Of a stretch of 64,000 nt of DNA, positions 54,186 through 63,100 are shown piece after piece. The notes below the pieces were generated by a model, which worked only from the letters and a program-made list of their open reading frames with translations, did no database searches and was not told the origin of the DNA. The stretch's first letter is position 1; the number at the start of each line of letters is the position of its first letter. Origin of the DNA: Lingula anatina (taxonomy: Eukaryota; Animalia; Brachiopoda); contig CM120642.1 of NCBI GenBank assembly GCA_051362555.1, positions 4,588,001 to 4,652,000 on the forward strand, written 5' to 3'. The position numbers and the translations under genes were made by a program.

Positions 54186-57100
54186 CTTTTGAAATTGCGA
54201 ACTACAGGCCTTCATTTTGCTTCTGTTTTGCTCAGTCCATGGTATGTTCAGCAGCTGGTCTGAGTGGAGTGACTGCAGTGTGTCGTGTGGTCAGGGGATC
54301 ATGTACAGAGAGCGTGCCTGCGACAACCCCAAGCCAGCCAATGGAGGGAGAGAGTGCGTTGGAGAGACCAGAGAGTCGCGCAGGTGTCTGCCCAGGGAGT
54401 GTGCAGGTAAGAAAAATACAGCTCAAATTTTCTGTAAGTTGGGCATGGTGGCCATCTTAAAACAATCAGTGTAAAAAAAGAGAACTAGAAGGAGAGATGA
54501 AAAGTTTCAAAGCTGGATCTGACAAAAATGCAGAATTTAAAGCAAGTATTGTGTCATTGTTGTACTTATTGAAAATTTGCTATTGTTAAATCTTAGTTTA
54601 TCTATTTTTTTCAGTTGATGGAAGCTGGAGCAACTGGAGTCAGTATGAGAGCTGCAGTGCCACTTGTGGTGTTGGATATCGTCAGCGAAGTCGGCGCTGT
54701 GACAACCCGCCTCCTCAGTTTGGTGGGCGGTCATGCTTTGGGGATGACAAAGAGAGAGTGGAGTGCAGTCTTAGGCCATGTCCTGGTAATGATGCTCTTA
54801 GGGACCAGGGAGGAGCAGAGGGGGGCTTTTTTTTTTTTTTGGGGGGGGGGGGGGGGGAGGGATAGAGGTAAAAAGGGAGAAGAGGGTACTTCCAAAAGAG
54901 AAAAATATATTAGTTTGAAGTATTTGAAAACAGTCAAAACTGGATTGAACCTATCATTTGACATGAGAAAATAGTGTGATACAGTTATTTTGATATACTT
55001 TTAAAATGCAAATGACTTTACTAGAACCTTTTAATACAGTACTTTTTTTCCAAATAACAAATTTTATTAGAAATACAAGACTGAAATATATTTATTTACC
55101 TTTTTTCTCTGTTCTCAAGTTGATGGTGATTGGAGCTCATGGTCACCATGGCAACCATGTAGTCAGACTTGTGGCACTGGTATGCAGGAGCGCTATCGTG
55201 ACTGTAACTCTCCCAGAGCAGAGCATGGTGGGAAGGAATGTGTCGGAGATGAGACGGAGAGGAGAAGATGCAAGATCAGAGAGTGTGAAAGTAAGGAGTA
55301 AATTCTTGTTGATTGATTTGGTTTTACACTCCTAAATAAGTCTGGAGAAAATTGTTGGTTAAATGATTTAACTTAAGTAGGTACAGTAAACAGAAATGCA
55401 CAATTGTAACTTGTAGTGTTCTCTCCATTTTCCTTATAAAGGTTTTGTTGTAATGGTTAAGAGTCCAACCAGCAAAAAAAGAAAAAGAAAAATATGTATT
55501 TAGCAAGTTCAGTTAACTTAGTAAAAATGTCATAATTTGATGTCCATCCATACAAATCTCCACTTTATATCTCATAGTTCATGGTAACTGGGGAGGATGG
55601 GCACCATGGACTGTGTGTTCACGCTCCTGTAATGGTGGAACCAAGTCAAGGTCACGGCGCTGCGACTCTCCTGCACCAAGTTATGGAGGACGATATTGCT
55701 TGGGTCGAGACACGGAGACTGACTACTGCAATACACAAGGTTGTCCAAGTGAGTATAGCTAGCAGATGTATGAATGTAAGGTATATCTACTCTCTCCAAA
55801 GATTTTCATATAAGTATTATCTATAAACCTGCTTTCAAATTCTAAACATATTTATGTAGTGTTGAAATTTCCAAGAAAGTTTATTTTTTACTCTATTAAA
55901 GTTCTGTAATTCTTAATGCATACCACGAGAAAAGTTGCTAATGATTTCCCTCACATATTCAGTCCATGGTAACTGGTCCCCTTGGGGTGGCTGGGGAGAC
56001 TGTACAGCTGAGTGTGGCGGTGGTTACCAGAAGAGGTTCCGTACTTGTGGCAACCCAGCCCCTAGTAATGGCGGTAGAGCATGTCCAGGAAATAGCGAAG
56101 AGGCAGAGAGGTGTAATGAAGTGGAGTGCCCAGGTAAAGTAGACCAAGTTGGGATGTGTTTTTATGTTTACAATGGGAATGGTTTGATATATGGAACTAC
56201 TTAATAAACCATGTCTCATTTGTTAAGGAATTTCGTTCTAATGATTGATTGTGAATAAAGGGTTTTGATAATGGAACAGTTGAAAGCAATGTTTACTGAT
56301 CATTTATTTATATAATTATAAATAAGTGATATTATGAGAAGTTTTAAAAGTTAAGCAATTTTACAGCTGTATATATACTTTTTACTCCAGATGATTCAAT
56401 GATACAAAGTTGAAACCAATAATCATACATGTATATCTGAGTTAAAACTCTCTGTTTTGGGTGAGGGGGGGGCATTAAATAAGATATTCACACTTATCAC
56501 AACTTTTCTGCAATTTTGTATTTTGGTGTTATCACATTTAATATGCTGTTATTACAGTGGATGGCCAATGGAGTCGCTGGAGTGACTGGTCCAAGTGCAC
56601 ACAGACCTGCGGGGGTGGGGAACAGAAACGTACCAGATCCTGCTCACAGCCACGTTTTGGTGGAAAGCATTGCTTGGGAGATGAAACACAAATTCAGAAG
56701 TGCAATATTAAGTCTTGTGGAGGTAAAAACTTGTCAAGGCAGAGGACATTTGAAAAGGGGTCTTGTGCTGATATATGTGTTATATACATAATATTATATA
56801 TTGTACCTCTGATGAAGGAGAATATCTGGACATTCTAGACAATTCCTCTGCTGATACTGGATAGTAAGGAAAATATGAAAAAAACAAGTTCATAGAATAT
56901 TTTAGGGTCTTATAATTAAAGGCGATTTTTATCAGTATGTTTTATTCCTATCCAAAATGTTTTGTGAATTTTTTTTAATGTTTCAGGTGGACTTCCAACA
57001 AAAGCTATGGGTAACATCATTGGCAATGTCAATGACATTGACTTTGGAGTATCAACACTAATTGCCAACATCACTCCATCTGAATCAGGAACTATTGTCA

Positions 57101-60100
57101 CTGCTAAACTACACAACATTCCAAGGTCCATAGGTGAGAACTGTTGTCAGGTCTTTTACTGAATGAAACAGTGCATATAATGTAGAAAATTGTAATTGTT
57201 ATTGAAGGTAATAAAGGATTTAGTTGAGAATTGTAAACAAAGGAGTTTTACAGTCACATTTATATGCACTAGTAGTTGCATAGCTTTGGGAGATAAGTGC
57301 TACTTTTGCTAATTAGAATTTTTAGAGTTGTTTGTACACTAGTTAATATTTCAGTGTCTTGCTAGACACCTTGGGTAATTTTAGCAAATTTTGTCTTCAG
57401 ACAATTCATATATTTCTGTCTTATTTTAGGCCGCCTTATGGAGCATCTCATCTCTATTCTGACCCCTATATATTGGACCACAGCTCTTGAGGTAGGAGAG
57501 GCTGTTAATGGATACACACTTACCAAGGGAGAGTTCCGCAGAGAAGTACAAGTGGAGTTTTCTACAGGTCTGTGTTGTGCTCTCTCGAGTATCAGTTTTT
57601 TAAAGGAATAGGAATTTTTAACAATATCATAACTTCATGGAGCTCTTCCTCTACTGGTGTGACATTGACCAGTTAAATTTTGTTACCAACATTCCATATT
57701 TTGTTTTAATTTTAAAGTTACATTTGTCTAGTTTTTTTCAGAGTTAGTTTATATACATAATTTTTATTATGTATTTCTCATTGATTTACCAATTTATTTG
57801 ATCTCATGTTTATTTACTTCTACTTCTCTCTTTCCTACTCCATAGGTGAAATTCTTAGAATGATTCACATAGCTCGTGGAATGGACAGCAATGGTGAGTT
57901 ACAGCTGGACATTGTAGTCAATGGATATGTCCCACAGCTTCCGCCGTCTGCCATCATCAAAGTAGAGCCCTACGAAGAAGAGTACATTCAGACAGCTCCT
58001 GGCGCAATCTATGCTTATTCAACAAGGATGTTCAAAATAGGGAACTACATTATACCCTATGCCTGGAACCACACAATAACATATGATGCAGAGCTTGGCA
58101 AAATGCCATATTTGGTGCAGAAACTTTTTGCGGATGATTTAACTGTGAAGTTTGAACCCAGCGAGGAGGTGATGAGGTATCAGCTTTCTGCAAGGATTGC
58201 CAAAGGTATAATGCAATTGCAGCTTTTTTGCTCATCGAAATAATTATAATAGTTATTATTATTATACACATAGTTTTTTATATGTTAAACTATTTCTGGC
58301 AAATATGTAATAAAATATCTTCAGAGCTTTTAACTAATATCAATGCTAAAGGTGTTTTTGAAATATAAGAAACAATTGGTTTGTATTTTGCAAGCAGCAG
58401 TATGAAATAATAATGTCTTAAGCGTTTAAAAAAGTTGAATCAACAAGATTTACATAGTGTAATGAATAATATAAACAGGATTTATACAAATATAATTTGT
58501 GAAATTTAACCCTCTTTCACATATTAATCTCTTCCATTCATTAATTTAAAAAATGAATGATGATTATATGATAATAGACCAATGACATGAAATGCATAAA
58601 ATATTGATTAAGGTATATTTACTATTTTATTAAGTTTTTGAACACTGGATTTACATGGCTATGTTTTTCAGGCACACCAAGCAACAAATGCCCGAAAGGA
58701 TTTTTCTTAGATCCAGAAGGACCATATTGCCGGGGTAAGATAGGGTTCTTAAAGTTGCTTGCTTTCTGATTCCATCTAGTTATTTCTGTATGGCAGATTA
58801 AGTTGACAATATTTCTGCATTTTTAACATAATCATATATTATTATAAATATGATATTGAGAAATGTGAAATATTTGTTTTGTTACTAACTTATATTGTCG
58901 CACAGCCACATGTGTGTCAGTTATTTTGCACTTTATTTATGTATCTATTTGTGTTTTTTGAATATGCATTAGTATATGTTGTTAGGGTGAGATGAGGCAC
59001 CATTGTTAATGAGTGTTAATATTTAATGATAACACAGTCATATCTAAGTAGCACAGAAATTTGACATGTATTTGTCATGAGTGATTATAATTTTTCAAAA
59101 TATTTATAAAAAAACATGTTTTTTAACAGCAGACACTTTTAAGATTGACTAAATTTATGAGGAAAAATATTAAAACAACAGTACTTCAGCTAATGTTGAC
59201 AAGGTTCACAGGAAGACATATAGAAAATAATGTCTGCTTTATTACTTTGAGAGAAGCATCAGCTTAAATGCCTTTGGTATCCCCATCACATATAGCTTGA
59301 TAGTGCACAATTTCCACAGTTGGCCTTTTTGCTTAAAAAGCATAGAAAGTGGAGATTTCACCTCAAGCATGTTTAAGATTATGCCTTTAATTCACCCTGA
59401 ATAAAAAATCTATTCAAAAAAACCTCAGAGGAATCTGCTAAATTAAAATTGATAGCAGAGATATGAAACACAAATGTCTGTTTCTGTTATCCCAATGCTC
59501 AGTTTAACTCTATGGGTGCAAAGCTAACGGTTGCACATTAGATATTTTTTAGAAGAATTGTAAGATAATTTTCAACTTTTGAGATATTTTAGTGTACTAC
59601 TAGTTAAATAGTGGTAGGAAATAAAAAGCTAACAAAAGAATGTGGAGTGTAATTCTATAAACAGCTAACAGTAGTGATTGATCAGTATTTTTATATTGGT
59701 AATCATAATTTGTAAAAGAAATACAACCAATAGGTATATAGAATTATCATTTGGTTGGTAGTATATGTGCATTATGTATATTGATGTTAAAAATATTTGT
59801 TTATAACATGCATGGAATCCACTTAAATTAATCATCTGTGGTGAATATTTTTGTTTCCTCAGACGATGATGAGTGTGTGAGATTGGACCCATGTTCACAT
59901 TACTGCCACAACAGTCCTGGCAGCTTTTCATGTTCATGTCCTCTTGGGTTAAGACTAGGTCCCGACGGGAGGACTTGTAAAGGTGGATAAAGTAGCTCAG
60001 TGACCTACGTACTTGTATATAGGTCATTGTGTAGCTCTAATCATAGCCTTTCAGCAGCAGTAGGGTAGAGATTCCGATGCAAGCACAGAGAATGAGCACA

Positions 60101-63100
60101 TATGGCCCTACTCTGCTTTGCATGTGGCTTGGAATTTTGAAATTGACTTAATTTCAGTTGCACCAATAAAAAAAGCCATATCTGAATAAACATGGAAGTC
60201 GGGATAGATAGATATGTTAATCCACGGGGTAGGCAATAGGTGTACCAATATAGCTCTAATTCCGATCAGTAGTGCATTGACTACCAATGAGAATGAGCTT
60301 TATGCATTTTTTTTTTTCAAATTTCTTTTAATGAAAACAAATGATTTTTCCTTGTTCTTCTGCACTTACTACTCCAGACCCATTTCTCCAATGCCCCTTT
60401 TTCCCTCCTGTTATCATTAATGTTCATATTCTGTTTCCCAACCCGTTTCTGTCATCTGGTTTGCTTGCCCTTTCCAAAGTACGTATCTCCCTCTCTCTGT
60501 AGTCTTGTCTAAGAATCTGTTCAATAATAATAATAATAATAATAATAATTACTATTTTCACAGAAGCATGACAAAATCTGCACCCTCAGAACAACATTTA
60601 ATTTATTTAACAAAATGCAAAGTCATGTTGTAGTTAAGTGAATATGAATTGTCCTTATTTATATTTTAATAACCATGGAAAAATTATCTGAATATTTTTA
60701 ACTCATGATATTAACACCATTGATTCTGCTACTATCAATAATTGAAAGTCTTGATGATCTTTAAAATGTTATCTATGCTACAGTAGATGGATATATTAGA
60801 CACCATTATCTGGTAATTACACTTTGGAAAATTGCTTTTAAAAAGACAATAAATAGCTTCTCATTTCTAGCACAGTAGTGCTCTTCTTGCTCAGACTTAT
60901 AGCTACGTATGAACACTTGGCAGTAGCAGCTTGCTAAATGGTAGCTCTGTAAATTCACAACATTATTATTTGAAGTGAGTTGTAGAAACAGCTGCTATAA
61001 ATGATAACAATAGTTAATCGTGAATTTATTTTTGTTCGTAAATTTGTCTTAAAATGATGGCTACTAAATGATGTACAAATTGTAAACATATCTATATCAG
61101 GTAAGAGAAACTGACACAAAATGTCAAGAATGATATGAATAATGATATGTGAAGTTCAGTTATAATAGTTTTTTCAAGATGAAGAAATTAAGATGAGTTA
61201 ATATGCGTGCATGTGTCTAAGTGCTTCATTTGTATGCATATTCCATTCCATAATTTTGTGCCTTATACATGTAGAAATTAAATAGGATTGTCAGCTGAGG
61301 CTGATAGCTGCTATATTGAAAAATTAAGCTAGGATCAGTGTCTTGATTTAATTACCCAAAACAATTGTACTACTTTGTCCATAATTCTATATGTACCATA
61401 CAAAAAAAAAAAGAAAATTTGAATTGAAATGCAAAGGATAACGTGAAAATGGACACATTGAAAATCTACTTAAAATGAAAGTAACTTCTGTTTGATAAAA
61501 ACATTGATTGGCAGAAAAAAAGTTGTATATAAATGTATATCCATTTAGTCTCGCTTTCATAATAATGGCATGTACACTTACACTGCATTGCATATATTCT
61601 ACATGTGACAAAATTTACAAGATTTTTAAAAGCATCTCAGTCCAGTTCAGGTTGTCATGATGTACAAAGCACTACATTTAAGATCATGGTTGTCCAGAGA
61701 AAGAAAATTATTCAAAGTTCACTTATTAAAATTAAGTGATTTTTACTGGATATATTTTTCAAATCAGCACAAATGCTTAGTAGATTCATTTACTCTGAAG
61801 AGGAGTTTTTTTTACTAGATTTCTGGCGAAAACAAATGTCACAAAAATTTTAAGTTTTTCAAAAATAAAAGATAAATGATAACGAATAACAATAAAATAA
61901 AGGTAAGAAAAAGAAATGAAATGAAAAACTCTGACCTTGCTCATTAATACTTTAAGAGTTATTTGCATGTTTGTGATCTGTTCCCAGTGTTACTTCCTGT
62001 TCAAGTGCATTGTGGTGCATGTGTGGTCGCCTTCGCATTACTACCAACATATCTCATTGATATTAGAAATATATTTCCTCCATGTTTAGACAGTCTTGCA
62101 TGTTCATTTGTTTCAACCAGATAATGCTTTTCATGAAAAAAATTGAATCTGCAAGTTGTTTTTATTTATGTTTTTATAAGCTGTTACTTAACATAATTAT
62201 AAGTTGGTTTATTTTCATAATGGTGTTATAATTGTTCAGTTTTGTTCAAACATCACCAAGTGGACCACCAGCTGTTCATAACCACGTAACATTCTTAATA
62301 ACATTAATGATTAAAAGTAATACCTACAGCATAACATTTTTACCTTGCTTTACCCGTAATTGTCTCTTCTAATTCAGATATTGATGAGTGTGATACACGT
62401 ATTGCCCGTTGCCATAGAAACCAAGAGTGTGTGAACACCATTGGCTCGTACCGCTGCATGGTCAAGTGCGGACATGGCTTCAGACGCACTTCGGGCGGAC
62501 TGTCATGCCAAGGTACCCAGTGACCTTCATGGTTCACTCATGGCAATATGGACTGTATATAACACCTTCCAACCCCCACCCTACCCCAATAACCCATGAA
62601 CCAGTTGACTAAGAAAATACATATTTTGTGATAGTAAGCCTCTTGTTTTATACTGCAGTTGTTTGGTCTTGCCTTTAAACAGGAATCTATATGCATATAT
62701 ATGGTAATTGTAAGAATAATTTCCTTATTATTGCCATGAAGGTGAAGCGAACTTCACATTCTGTGAAAAGGCAAGTCAAATCTTGCTCAAATGGGTGTGT
62801 TCTTCATTTTTGCTGATTTGAACTAAAACAACCATGCAAAATTGTATTTTCTTATAAGGAATATCCATATTGTATCTAAGCAATCATCGTTGGCTACAAA
62901 GCCCCTTGCAGTCATACAATTCTAGGTCATTTAAGCAAGTTAAAGGTGTATTCTTACCTTAAAGTAAAAAATCTTATGAAAGCCTGTCTCAAAATACAAT
63001 ATGAAGTTATGAGGGACTCGGGTTTGGTTGTAAATTACTAGCATTTACACCATTTGCAAAACCAGGTTGGGTTACTGCTTTTGAGGCAGGACCAGTTATT

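Noticed and set aside
29272-57131. Many antisense and alternate-frame ORFs overlapping exons
   Set aside because: Shadows of the more GC-rich hemicentin exons; no independent coding signal
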